DNA from: Ignavibacteria bacterium
Lineage (GTDB): Bacteria; Bacteroidota; Ignavibacteria; Kapaibacteriales; UBA2268
Direction: 5' to 3'
Assembly: GCA_012518115.1 (NCBI GenBank)
Contig: JAAYTD010000031.1
Span: 26,464 to 90,463 of the forward strand
DNA length: 64,000 nt
Shown here: piece after piece, positions 44,832 to 53,909 of the stretch
Layout of the letters: every line of letters starts with the position of its first letter
Numbering within the stretch: position 1 is the stretch's first letter
Notes under the pieces: generated by a model
The model's database searches: none
Told to the model about the DNA's origin: nothing
What the model saw: the letters and a program-made list of their open reading frames with translations, nothing else
Made by a program: the position numbers and the translations under genes

Positions 44832-47555
44832 ATGAATACATTACTAAGACGACTTAAAAGATTTTCACGTGCCTTCAATTTGCCATTAAGAGCCATATTT
44901 GTTTATATATTTGCAATTATATTATGTATAGCTGCATTTACTATTAGAATTCAACATGTAGCTAAAAATCAATTAGAAAAGGATACTCAATCTAAATTAA
45001 AAGCTATAACATCGAAAGTTGAAACGCAATGCGAAAACATTATGACAACTGCACAAATTGTAGCTAACAATGTTGTTGATCTAAATAATATGGCTAGTTT
45101 ATCTGACGATAAAATACGAGCTCTATCTGTAATAACACGCAATATAATGTATGCAAACAAAGATATTTTAGCAATTAATATAGCTTTAGAACCAGAAAAT
45201 AAAATTAAATATTCATTTGAAGGAATATCTTTTAATTATAAAGATAATGGAAAAATTGATACAAATTATTTTGAGTCTGATTCTAAAGAAAATGATTTCA
45301 GATTAGAAGATTGGTATATTATTGCAAAAGAAAACAAAAAAGCATTTTTTTCAGAGCCTTACATACTTAAATTAAACAATTTAAACAAAAAAGTCTTTTC
45401 GTATTCAATTCCACTTATGAAAACAGAGCCTATATCTAATAAAGATAAAAACAAAGAAACATTTTTAGGTGTAGTTTCTCTCGTTTATTCAGTAGATATT
45501 TTCAAAAACAATGTTGATTTTTTTTCTGATTTAAAAAACAACTTCAATATAGTTGTTTCTAAGTTTAATAGATTTATATGTCATCCATTAGAACGTTTTA
45601 AAGTTAATGAATCTAGTTACTCTATTCCTTTTAGCCCTATACAAGATATATCTAAAAAAATAACGCAAGAGACAGAGAAAAACAATAATAATATGAAACA
45701 CTTCTGGTTACATTCTGATGGAAAAAGTATCTTGGAAAAAGGTAATTATTATGTATCTTTTCAAATCATACCATTAAACAACTGGAAAGTTGTAACCGTT
45801 TATTCTGAGGATTATTTTAGTAATGTTGCTGAATCATTTTCAAGATACAACATAGCAGTCTCTATTGTTATACTTTTGTTAGTTATAATTGCTAATGTAT
45901 TGATATTTAAAAATTTTGATAAAGAAATCAGTATTATTACTGACGGTATCAATCGCTCTATATCTAATAACAATATAAATCATTTTGTTTTACCTACTTC
46001 AGTAAACAATGTTACTTATATTAAATTTTATGAAGCTATAAAAAAAATATTAGACAACTATACTACTCTGTGGCAAAAAAATAAAGATATTGAAATTGAG
46101 CTACAACACAATTACTTAGAACACGAAACTGCAATAAATACAATAACAAAAGAGGCAAACAACCAAATTTATAATATAATTAAAGAAAATGAAGAAATTC
46201 TTATAAGTAATCAGAAACTTATAGCTTGTGAAAGAATTGCAAGAATTTTAACTAAATCAGATGATCTCAAAAATAATTTAATTCAACTTTTTGAAGAAAT
46301 TAAAATTATCGTACCTTTAGATGTTTTAGCTATATTCACAGAAGATGAAGAAAAAGACAAACAACATTTATTGTGTAAATTTAGTACAAACGGAGTACAA
46401 CTCTTTAAGCAATTTCATATAAGCAAGAAACAAAGCAGCGAGATAATTTCCGAATGCTACAATAATAAAGAAGAAATTCTTATAAATGATATTAGTAAAT
46501 TTAATGATAAATATATTGCTACTCACAAAGAAATAGTGATAGAAGAAGACATACAAGCTATCTTCTGTGCTCCTATATTTGATGAGAGAAAAAACACTGT
46601 TGGTGTCTTAACACTACAATCAACTAACAAAAATATATTTAGAAAAATAGATAGGGTTTTCTTAGATATTATAATATTTCATATAACTAATGTAATTACT
46701 AGAAATAATAACAAGGAAAAAACAAGCACTAATCTGCATATAGAAGACAACCAAAATTTAATTTTAAAAACAAACTTTTTATATTTTATTAAAAAACTGC
46801 AAACTGCGGTAAATACAACTAGCACTCCATATGTTTCTTTAAGTTCTACACTATATTATTTGCTCCAAGAATTAAGACAAATCGACTATGCAAATAATGA
46901 AGAAAAGAAACAATATATTATTGATTTATTTGACAAACTAGATTATAATTTTCTTCAAATCAATGAAAACAATAAGTATGTCAATAGAATATTAAGAAAA
47001 GTGTTGCAAGATTTCAAACAAGAAAGTTTATCATTTGTAGAAATTGACTTAAATGATTTAGTACAGGAATATGCTTGTTTAGCTTATAATGGATTTAGAG
47101 CAACTCATCCGGATATGAACATAAAATTAGAATTTTACTTAGACAATACTTTAAGGACAATTAAAATCATCCCAAAAGATATTGCAACAGTCATTATAAA
47201 TCTTATTAATAATGCTTGTTATTCTGTTTACGACAAATTAAACAAAATTAAAAAGAACACAACAGAACAAGATAAAATTGTTTTTCAACCTAGAGTTGCA
47301 ATATATACAGAAAACTATTATAATGCAGTCTCTATTATTGTTAGAGATAATGGAAACGGTATACTTGAAGAAAACAAAGCAAATTTATTTACTCCATTCT
47401 TCTCTACAAAGTCGGAACATGATGGAGTTGGACTTGGATTAACTATTTGTCATAAGAAAATAGTTGAAAAACATAGAGGCGAAATCATTGTTAATTCTAT
47501 TTTAGGTGAATCTGCTCAATTTACAGTTGTTTTACCTAAAAATTTAGAAGAATAA
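44832..47555 (+). CDS. Membrane sensor with extracytoplasmic Cache-like domain, GAF-like domain and intact HATPase_c domain, but no recognisable H-box
   Basis: TM1 (residues ~20-40), ~290-aa extracytoplasmic region, TM2 (IAVSIVILLLVIIANVLIF). N-box INLINNACYSV, G1 VRDNGNGI, F-box LFTPFFSTK, G2 GVGLGLTICHKKIV. Where SHELRTPL is expected the sequence reads FIKKLQTAV. Confidence 0.65.
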   Translation: MNTLLRRLKRFSRAFNLPLRAIFVYIFAIILCIAAFTIRIQHVAKNQLEKDTQSKLKAITSKVETQCENIMTTAQIVANNVVDLNNMASLSDDKIRALSVITRNIMYANKDILAINIALEPENKIKYSFEGISFNYKDNGKIDTNYFESDSKENDFRLEDWYIIAKENKKAFFSEPYILKLNNLNKKVFSYSIPLMKTEPISNKDKNKETFLGVVSLVYSVDIFKNNVDFFSDLKNNFNIVVSKFNRFICHPLERFKVNESSYSIPFSPIQDISKKITQETEKNNNNMKHFWLHSDGKSILEKGNYYVSFQIIPLNNWKVVTVYSEDYFSNVAESFSRYNIAVSIVILLLVIIANVLIFKNFDKEISIITDGINRSISNNNINHFVLPTSVNNVTYIKFYEAIKKILDNYTTLWQKNKDIEIELQHNYLEHETAINTITKEANNQIYNIIKENEEILISNQKLIACERIARILTKSDDLKNNLIQLFEEIKIIVPLDVLAIFTEDEEKDKQHLLCKFSTNGVQLFKQFHISKKQSSEIISECYNNKEEILINDISKFNDKYIATHKEIVIEEDIQAIFCAPIFDERKNTVGVLTLQSTNKNIFRKIDRVFLDIIIFHITNVITRNNNKEKTSTNLHIEDNQNLILKTNFLYFIKKLQTAVNTTSTPYVSLSSTLYYLLQELRQIDYANNEEKKQYIIDLFDKLDYNFLQINENNKYVNRILRKVLQDFKQESLSFVEIDLNDLVQEYACLAYNGFRATHPDMNIKLEFYLDNTLRTIKIIPKDIATVIINLINNACYSVYDKLNKIKKNTTEQDKIVFQPRVAIYTENYYNAVSIIVRDNGNGILEENKANLFTPFFSTKSEHDGVGLGLTICHKKIVEKHRGEIIVNSILGESAQFTVVLPKNLEE

Positions 47556-47613
47556 ATGTACAAGTACTGTAAAATATTGTTCTGTGTTTTTGTATAATAC
47601 CAAATTGAATTAT

Positions 47614-47678
47614 AAAATTCCTCTTTGCAGATTGTTGGGACGTGTAGCGACACATCCTAGAAAGTTTGACGGGGTAGT
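47614..47678 (-). repeat. Copy of the mosaic intergenic repeat (ACTACCCCGTCAAACTT + hairpin + GCAAAGAGGAATTTT)
   Basis: Reverse complement reads actaccccgtcaaactttctaGGATGTGTcgctACACGTCCcaacaatctgcaaagaggaatttt. Its end modules are shared with the 32961-33013 and 53726 copies. Confidence 0.65.
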
Positions 47679-47696
47679 AAAAAAAATATTATTGCA

Positions 47697-49781
47697 ATGA
47701 CAAATCTGACAATTATAAATTTAATAAATAATTTTACTTTGCCATTAAACCACTCGGTTCATGTTTTTGCTATCTTGTTGGCAATTATACTTTTTGTACC
47801 GATAATTTTGAAACGAATAAATGTACCTAACATAATTGGACTTATTATTGCAGGTGTGATTATTGGTCCTTATGGACTTAACTTAATTGATAACCATCAT
47901 CAAGGTGTGTCAATGTTTTCCACTATAGGACTTCTGTACATAATGTTTATTGTAGGATTAGAACTTGATTTGAACGAGTTTTTAGCCAATAAAAACAAGA
48001 GTATAGTTTTCGGTTTTTTCACCTTTATTATTCCAATTTCAATTGGCTTTCCAGTTTGTTACTACCTATTAGGATACGATTTTAATGCAAGTTTTTTAAC
48101 AGCTAGTATGTTTGCTACTCACACACTTGTAACTTACCCTATTGTCAGTAGGCTTGGTGTTGCAAAAAATCAAGCTGTTGCAATAACAGTGGGCGGTACT
48201 ATTTTGACAGATACAGCAGTACTGATAATTCTAGCACTTATTTTATCTAATACTGACGGCGGTATCAACACGATATTTTTAATAAAGCTAGCTTTGTCGG
48301 TGATCGTTTTTTTCGCAATTGTTTTTCTATTAATACCACGAATTGCCAAATGGTTTTTTCAGAAAGGTGGAGGTGAAAAGTATTCTCATTATATTTTTGT
48401 TCTTTTTATCATCTTTTTCTGTGGTTTTTTAGCCGAACTTTGTGGATTAGAGGCAATAATTGGAGCTTTTACAGCTGGTCTAGCTTTAAATCGTCTAATT
48501 CCTCATTCATCGGCATTAATGAATCGTATAGATTTTTTTGGCAATTCCTTGTTCATTCCAATTTTTTTAATATCTGTTGGTATGTTAGTCAATATTTCAG
48601 TAGTTTTCAATGGAATGACAACAATAATTATAGCAGGAATTCTCACTATAACGGCACTACTCGGCAAATGGTTTGCCGCTTTTTTTACACAAATTATTTT
48701 CAAATATTCCACAATACAGAGAAATATAATCTTCGGTTTAAGTAGTTCACGTGCAGCTGCAACTATAGTGATAATTATAGTTGGATACAATGCTGGAATA
48801 GTAGATGAATACATATTAAATGGTACAATTGTACTGATTTTATTGACTTGTATCGTGGCATCTTTTGTAACACAAGCTTCAGCAAAAAAACTTGCTGTAA
48901 TTCAAGAAAATGCTCCATTGACAGCTTCTGAATTAGGTGCTTTCGGACAAGAAAAAATTTTAGTACCTATTGCAAATCCATCTAATATCGGTCATCACGT
49001 AGAACTTGCACTTCTTATTAAAGACAAATCCTCTGTAAATTCAATATCTTTGTTAGGTGTAGTCCCCAACAATGAAGCTGCAGAGAAAAATATAATTTCT
49101 TTTAAAAAGCAATTGCAAGATTTTATAGATAATGCAACAGCAGCCGAAATTGATGTAGATACAATCACTACTATTGACCATAATGCTGCAAATGGCATTG
49201 TGCGAACAGCACGAGAGCTTATGACAGATATTATTATTTTAGGGTGGCCTGGAAAAACAGGTGTGTTAGAAAAGCTATTAGGTGACAAAGTTGATTTGAT
49301 AATCAAGAATGTAGATAGAAATTTATTTATTTGTCATATCGAACAAGATTTTATTAATCATAAACGTATAGTTGTAATTTCACCACCTTTGGTAGAAAAA
49401 GAAACTGGATTTAATTTGTGGCTCGCTAAGATTGTAAGGTTGTCGCAAGAACTCTCTATCCCAATTTTACATTTAGGAGATCCCAAAACACAAGAAATAA
49501 TTGCGAACACTAAAAACTTATCTGCTCCATTTACTTTTCAGCCCCTTGTTGAATGGCAAAATCCGGTTTTGTATGGTGATATAATCAAGGATAATGATAT
49601 GATAATAATGGTGTCTGCACACCAAGGATATATTTCTTATATGCCTGTACTTGATCATTTGCCTACACGACTTGAAGAACGGTATCCACATCATAGCCGC
49701 ATAGTTGTTTATCCTAAACAACGCACTATAGAAGGTTTGTTGGAAAGCGACGATTCAATATTTGTGCCGTCAAATTTTTAA
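47697..49781 (+). CDS. CPA2-family cation:proton antiporter (Kef/NhaP-like) with ~280-aa cytoplasmic C-terminal domain (tandem USP-like suspected)
   Basis: 12-13 TM helices with a Na_H_Exchanger-type pattern (GLIIAGVIIGPYGL, LELDLNEF, GAFTAGLAL), then a soluble C-terminal region (ILVPIANPSN...IIILGWPG...IVVISPP). Confidence 0.75.
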   Translation: MTNLTIINLINNFTLPLNHSVHVFAILLAIILFVPIILKRINVPNIIGLIIAGVIIGPYGLNLIDNHHQGVSMFSTIGLLYIMFIVGLELDLNEFLANKNKSIVFGFFTFIIPISIGFPVCYYLLGYDFNASFLTASMFATHTLVTYPIVSRLGVAKNQAVAITVGGTILTDTAVLIILALILSNTDGGINTIFLIKLALSVIVFFAIVFLLIPRIAKWFFQKGGGEKYSHYIFVLFIIFFCGFLAELCGLEAIIGAFTAGLALNRLIPHSSALMNRIDFFGNSLFIPIFLISVGMLVNISVVFNGMTTIIIAGILTITALLGKWFAAFFTQIIFKYSTIQRNIIFGLSSSRAAATIVIIIVGYNAGIVDEYILNGTIVLILLTCIVASFVTQASAKKLAVIQENAPLTASELGAFGQEKILVPIANPSNIGHHVELALLIKDKSSVNSISLLGVVPNNEAAEKNIISFKKQLQDFIDNATAAEIDVDTITTIDHNAANGIVRTARELMTDIIILGWPGKTGVLEKLLGDKVDLIIKNVDRNLFICHIEQDFINHKRIVVISPPLVEKETGFNLWLAKIVRLSQELSIPILHLGDPKTQEIIANTKNLSAPFTFQPLVEWQNPVLYGDIIKDNDMIIMVSAHQGYISYMPVLDHLPTRLEERYPHHSRIVVYPKQRTIEGLLESDDSIFVPSNF

Positions 49782-49845
49782 AATTCCACTTTGGAACTAA
49801 GGAGTGGCAGGGCGCGCTAGCTTGATGGAACGGTTTGAAGACGGA
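49782..49845 (-). repeat. Copy of the mosaic intergenic repeat, beginning at the antiporter stop codon
   Basis: Reverse complement ...ccatcaagctagcgcgccctgCCACTccttagttccaaAGTGGaattt parallels ccgtcaagctagcgcttgacaCCCCTtctggaaAGGGGaattt (53732-53775). The hairpin pair is changed in a compensatory way. Confidence 0.65.
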
Positions 49846-49911
49846 AGACAGATAATAATTTTTTAACCGCAAAGAGCACAAAGATTTACGAAAAGCACGC
49901 AATCAATATTT

Positions 49912-50328
49912 TCAAATATCTTTAATTAAAGTTAATACATTAAATTCTCTTTCATCGTTCTTTGCTTCATAGTAAATTTCGTCCATAATTTTACCAACAA
50001 GAGGCATACCTAAACCTCCCGGCACCATTTTTCTTATATGCTCACATATATTTTTATCTAAATGCTGACGAATATCAAACGGCACTGCTGAATCTTTAAT
50101 TTTTATAATAATTTGATGTGGACACGTCTCAACTAAAACTGCAATAATACTGTTCTGATTATATTTATACGCATACTTTATTAGATTTGTGCATATTTCA
50201 TCAACAGCTAATACTATTAAATTTGCTACTTCGTTATCTAATGAGACATTTTTAATAAAACTCATTATTTGTTGCCTCATATTCGCAAGTTCTTCTAATT
50301 TCGCATTAATTTTTATATCTAACATCAT
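49912..50328 (-). CDS. RsbW/SpoIIAB-like anti-sigma-factor serine kinase (HATPase_c_2)
   Basis: 138 aa. LAVDEICTNLIKYAY (N-box-like) and PGGLGMPLVGKIMDE (G2). Immediately downstream of a STAS gene. Confidence 0.75.
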   Translation of the reverse strand: MMLDIKINAKLEELANMRQQIMSFIKNVSLDNEVANLIVLAVDEICTNLIKYAYKYNQNSIIAVLVETCPHQIIIKIKDSAVPFDIRQHLDKNICEHIRKMVPGGLGMPLVGKIMDEIYYEAKNDEREFNVLTLIKDI

Positions 50329-50333
50329 AACTT

Positions 50334-50690
50334 TTACGAATTATTAAACAAATTTATAGCTTCTTCTACTGTATTTGTAATGTGAAAAATTTCATCAAAA
50401 CCAAGTAAATTCATAACTTCAAAAATAGATTTAGATAAATTTGTCATAATTATATCACCTTCATTCTTTCGTATTTTTTCAATATACAACATAAATACAC
50501 CTAAACCTGCTGAAGAAATATAAGTCAAACTTTTCAAATCTAAAATAATTTTAAAACAATTGTTGTCTACATTCTTTTTTATTTCCTCTTCCAATACAAC
50601 TGAGGTAAGAGCATCTAAAAAACCATTTAAATGCAGAACACAAACTGTATCCTCTTTTGTCGTATTAATAAAAAATTTATTATTGTTCAT
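50334..50690 (-). CDS. STAS-domain anti-anti-sigma factor (RsbV-like)
   Basis: 118 aa. ILDLKSLTYISSAGLGVFM with the conserved Ser, and a C-terminal LLGFDEIFHI. Confidence 0.8.
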   Translation of the reverse strand: MNNNKFFINTTKEDTVCVLHLNGFLDALTSVVLEEEIKKNVDNNCFKIILDLKSLTYISSAGLGVFMLYIEKIRKNEGDIIMTNLSKSIFEVMNLLGFDEIFHITNTVEEAINLFNNS

Positions 50691-50791
50691 TTTTTTATAT
50701 ATTTAATTATTATCTGAAAATATTGATTATTATTTAAAGTTTTTTTGTTATCTTTGAAATTATATAAACAAAAATATTAGATGTTGATATT

Positions 50792-51775
50792 ATGATAAAT
50801 AAATTATTTCTGCTTTTTATTTTGGTTAGTAGCCTTTTTATATCTTGCAATCAGGAAGATATTTTTATTGATAATCTTCAAAATTCCGACTACTATCTAT
50901 TTGCTAGCGATACACAATTAATAAAATTTTCAATTCATAACGCAACTCAAGAAATCATACATGATTTACCTGCTCCCGTAACAAAAATAAAGTATTTTCG
51001 TGGAAATTTCTTTCTATTAATGCCTTCTATAAACTCTATTTACGTTATTGAAGAGAAAAGTTTAACAATTATTTCAAAAATTGACCTTAAAAGTATAAAT
51101 TTTACTCCTACGGACATTTGTTTTCCTAACGCAACAGATGCTTATATTTGCTGTAGCAATAGTAATTTTGTATCAATAATAGACTTGACTAGCTTAAAGT
51201 TGTCAAATATCAAAATCGCAGTAGGCAAAAAAGCCGTTTCAATAGATGGCAAAGGCAACCAAGTTTATGTATGTTGCCAAGATGATGACGCTGTGTTCGT
51301 TATTGACACTAGAGTAAACACAGTTGTAGATACTATAAATGTTTCTTCAAATCCTACTTTTGTAAATTTTAGCGACAACAACCAGCTAGCTTTTGTCGTA
51401 TCATCAGCTACAGAAAAAACAGATGCTTTCTTTCAATCAATTGATGTAAATACCCGAGAAATAGTTAAACAATTCAAGTTAGGAACAAGTACAACAGCAA
51501 ATATCGTTCCTACAGGAGTTGCAAGTTCTAAAAAAAATCTCTATATCACATCAAATGAATATCTGTTTCGCATATCAATTCCGAACGGAAACAGCACGAA
51601 CAATATAGCTAAAACTTCTTATAATTCTATAGGTTACAATCAAAGATTAGAAGAATTTTATCTTGTAAAAAACGATAGCAATTCATCTTCTATTATTATT
51701 TATGATGCAATTCAAAATAAACGAACTGCAACATACTTTATAGAAAATAAAATAGATGCAATTATTATAAAGTAA
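50792..51775 (+). CDS. Lipoprotein, YVTN/YncE-like beta-propeller suspected
   Basis: Lipobox SLFISC. Repeated ...V.VID... strands (VYVCCQDDDAVFVIDTRVNTVVDTINV). Family assignment is tentative. Confidence 0.4.
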   Translation: MINKLFLLFILVSSLFISCNQEDIFIDNLQNSDYYLFASDTQLIKFSIHNATQEIIHDLPAPVTKIKYFRGNFFLLMPSINSIYVIEEKSLTIISKIDLKSINFTPTDICFPNATDAYICCSNSNFVSIIDLTSLKLSNIKIAVGKKAVSIDGKGNQVYVCCQDDDAVFVIDTRVNTVVDTINVSSNPTFVNFSDNNQLAFVVSSATEKTDAFFQSIDVNTREIVKQFKLGTSTTANIVPTGVASSKKNLYITSNEYLFRISIPNGNSTNNIAKTSYNSIGYNQRLEEFYLVKNDSNSSSIIIYDAIQNKRTATYFIENKIDAIIIK

Positions 51776-51784
51776 ATTTAAGTT

Positions 51785-53041
51785 ATGACTAATATGGAAA
51801 AAAATATACAAAAAAACGATTGTATTGAACCAAAAACATTTGAAGCTACTAAACAAATGTTAAAAACGATTTTTAAAATATCAAGTACTTTCAATGGTTT
51901 AATGCAACAAGATGAAATTTTACGGCAATTTGCAATATATTTAATGGGACAATTTGCTATTAAAAATTTCGCTCTTTATTTGTTTGACAAGACAAAAGCA
52001 AGCTTTGTATTATTAGAATCGAAAAACTTTGACAATATCGCTAAAATTATTGATAACAATGATCTCAACTTTCAAGAAAATAATATAATTAATTTAGAAA
52101 ATTCAGACCACAAAAATAATAATTTGTTTGACAAAGATATAGCAAAGTTTGCTATAATGTTATCTGAAAACAAAGGCTTGCTTGTTATTGGAAGTCGTAT
52201 GCTCAATAAAGATTTTACTGAAATGGATTTCAGTTTTATGATTTCAATTAGCGAGCTAGCTATTCTGGCATTTGAAAACTCGAGATTAATTTCGGAAGAG
52301 AAAAAGAAAATACTTTTAGAACAGGAGCTAAATACTGCACGTGAAATTCAACAAGTTTTGCTACCTAAAAATAACCCTGCAATAGATAACTACGAAATAA
52401 TTGGCGATACTCAATCTTCTCTTTCTGTCGGTGGCGATTATTATGATTTTATAAAAATTGACGATGAAAATTATATGATAGTAGTTGCTGATGTTTGTGG
52501 CAACGGCATTCCCGCAGCACTTATTATGTCAAATTTGCAATCGGCACTAAAATCACAATTGTTTTTTGTTACTGACTTGAAAAAAATCATAAGTAACTTA
52601 AATTCTATAATTTACGACAATACAGACGCAGACCGCTATGTAACTTTTTTCTACGGAATTTTAAACATAAAAACTAATAAATTTACTTACATTAATGGCG
52701 GACATAACCCACCTATTTTTTACCAAAAACATAATAAAAAAATTAATCTTTTAGATGTTGGCGGAACAATTATAGGAGCTTTTGATCCACTTCCTTTTGA
52801 ATATGAACTCGGACAAATAAAATTGAAAAGTGGCGATTTAATATTGTTCTATACCGATGGTATTATTGAAGCAAAAGATAAAAATGGCAAGCTATTAGAT
52901 GAAGAATGGTTGGTTAACTTTGTAGAAAACAATTCGGAAATTTCTGCAAAACAAATGTTTGAAAAAATAAAAAATGAAACAAACAATTGCCAACCTGAAG
53001 AAAATGACGATATTACTTTAATTGTATTAAAAAAAATGTAA
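51785..53041 (+). CDS. Cytoplasmic GAF-like + PP2C (SpoIIE/RsbU-type) serine phosphatase
   Basis: ARE IQQVLLP, GGDYYDFIKI, VADVCGNGIPAALIMSNLQ, FYTDGIIEA and DDITLIVL motifs. Confidence 0.8.
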   Translation: MTNMEKNIQKNDCIEPKTFEATKQMLKTIFKISSTFNGLMQQDEILRQFAIYLMGQFAIKNFALYLFDKTKASFVLLESKNFDNIAKIIDNNDLNFQENNIINLENSDHKNNNLFDKDIAKFAIMLSENKGLLVIGSRMLNKDFTEMDFSFMISISELAILAFENSRLISEEKKKILLEQELNTAREIQQVLLPKNNPAIDNYEIIGDTQSSLSVGGDYYDFIKIDDENYMIVVADVCGNGIPAALIMSNLQSALKSQLFFVTDLKKIISNLNSIIYDNTDADRYVTFFYGILNIKTNKFTYINGGHNPPIFYQKHNKKINLLDVGGTIIGAFDPLPFEYELGQIKLKSGDLILFYTDGIIEAKDKNGKLLDEEWLVNFVENNSEISAKQMFEKIKNETNNCQPEENDDITLIVLKKM

Positions 53042-53629
53042 ATGACAAAAAAAACACTTCTTGAACCTGCACAATTAATATCTGCTTACACGCAAGGTTT
53101 TTTCCCTATGGCAGATTTTAATGAGCAAATTCGCTGGTACTCGCCTGAATCTCGTGCAATTTTTCCATTATATGATTTGAAACCGCCGCGCTCTTTGGTC
53201 AAGTTTATTCAAAAAAACAACTTACAATTTACAATAAATATGGATTTTGAATTTGTAATAACAAATTGTGCTAATCGCGAAGTAACTTGGATATCAGATA
53301 GTATTATTGAAAGTTACATAAAACTACATCAATTGGGATATGCACATTCTGTTGAAGTTTGGTTAGGTGATGAGATAGTTGGCGGGCTTTACGGTGTTTC
53401 AATTTCAGCGGCTTTTTTTGGCGAATCAATGTTTAATTTAATTTCAAATGCTTCTAAATCTGCATTCTATTTTCTTGTTTCATATCTCAAGAAAAAAGAA
53501 TTTGTTCTGCTTGATTCACAATTTATTAATGAGTTCACTGCACAATTAGGAGCTATTGAAATTCCACGTAATCAATATCTTCATCTTCTTCGAATTGCAT
53601 TAAATAAAGAATGCTATTTTATAGATTAA
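53042..53629 (+). CDS. aat: Leucyl/phenylalanyl-tRNA--protein transferase
   Basis: AYTQGFFPMA, WYSPESRAIFPL, GGLYGVSISAAFFGESMF. ATG directly abuts the upstream stop (TAAATG). Confidence 0.85.
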   Translation: MTKKTLLEPAQLISAYTQGFFPMADFNEQIRWYSPESRAIFPLYDLKPPRSLVKFIQKNNLQFTINMDFEFVITNCANREVTWISDSIIESYIKLHQLGYAHSVEVWLGDEIVGGLYGVSISAAFFGESMFNLISNASKSAFYFLVSYLKKKEFVLLDSQFINEFTAQLGAIEIPRNQYLHLLRIALNKECYFID

Positions 53630-53689
53630 TAATATTTTAAGAAGTTTTGGTAATCTTATTCAAAACAGAAAAAAGATTCTATAATAATT

Positions 53690-53900
53690 TCACCCCTTCG
53701 GGGTTTGTGGTTAATTTTTTAATAGACTACCCCGTCAAGCTAGCGCTTGACACCCCTTCTGGAAAGGGGAATTTGCAGCCCGACCTTCAGGCAAGTATAA
53801 TTTTAAAAATCATACTAATCATACAAATCCCATAAATCACAGTTCAGACAAAAAAGGGCGTATTGGGTACACCCCAACATTCGCAAAAGGAAAATTTTTC
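53690..53900 (+). repeat. Mosaic GC-rich hairpin repeat locus, including the 129-bp unit 53726-53854
   Basis: Hairpins ACCCC-TTC-GGGGT (53692-53704), GTCAAGC-TAGC-GCTTGAC and CCCCTT-CTGGA-AAGGGG. 9-bp sub-repeats AATCATACT/AATCATACA/AATCCCATA. Terminal TTCAGACAAAA. The 53726-53854 unit is ~90 percent identical to the reverse complement of 61379-61517. Confidence 0.85.
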
Positions 53901-53909
53901 AATTTATTC

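Noticed and set aside
53647-53835. 62-aa ORF across the 53.7-kb repeat locus
   Set aside because: It is made entirely of repeat modules, and the same DNA occurs in the opposite orientation at 61.4 kb. No coding signal is present.
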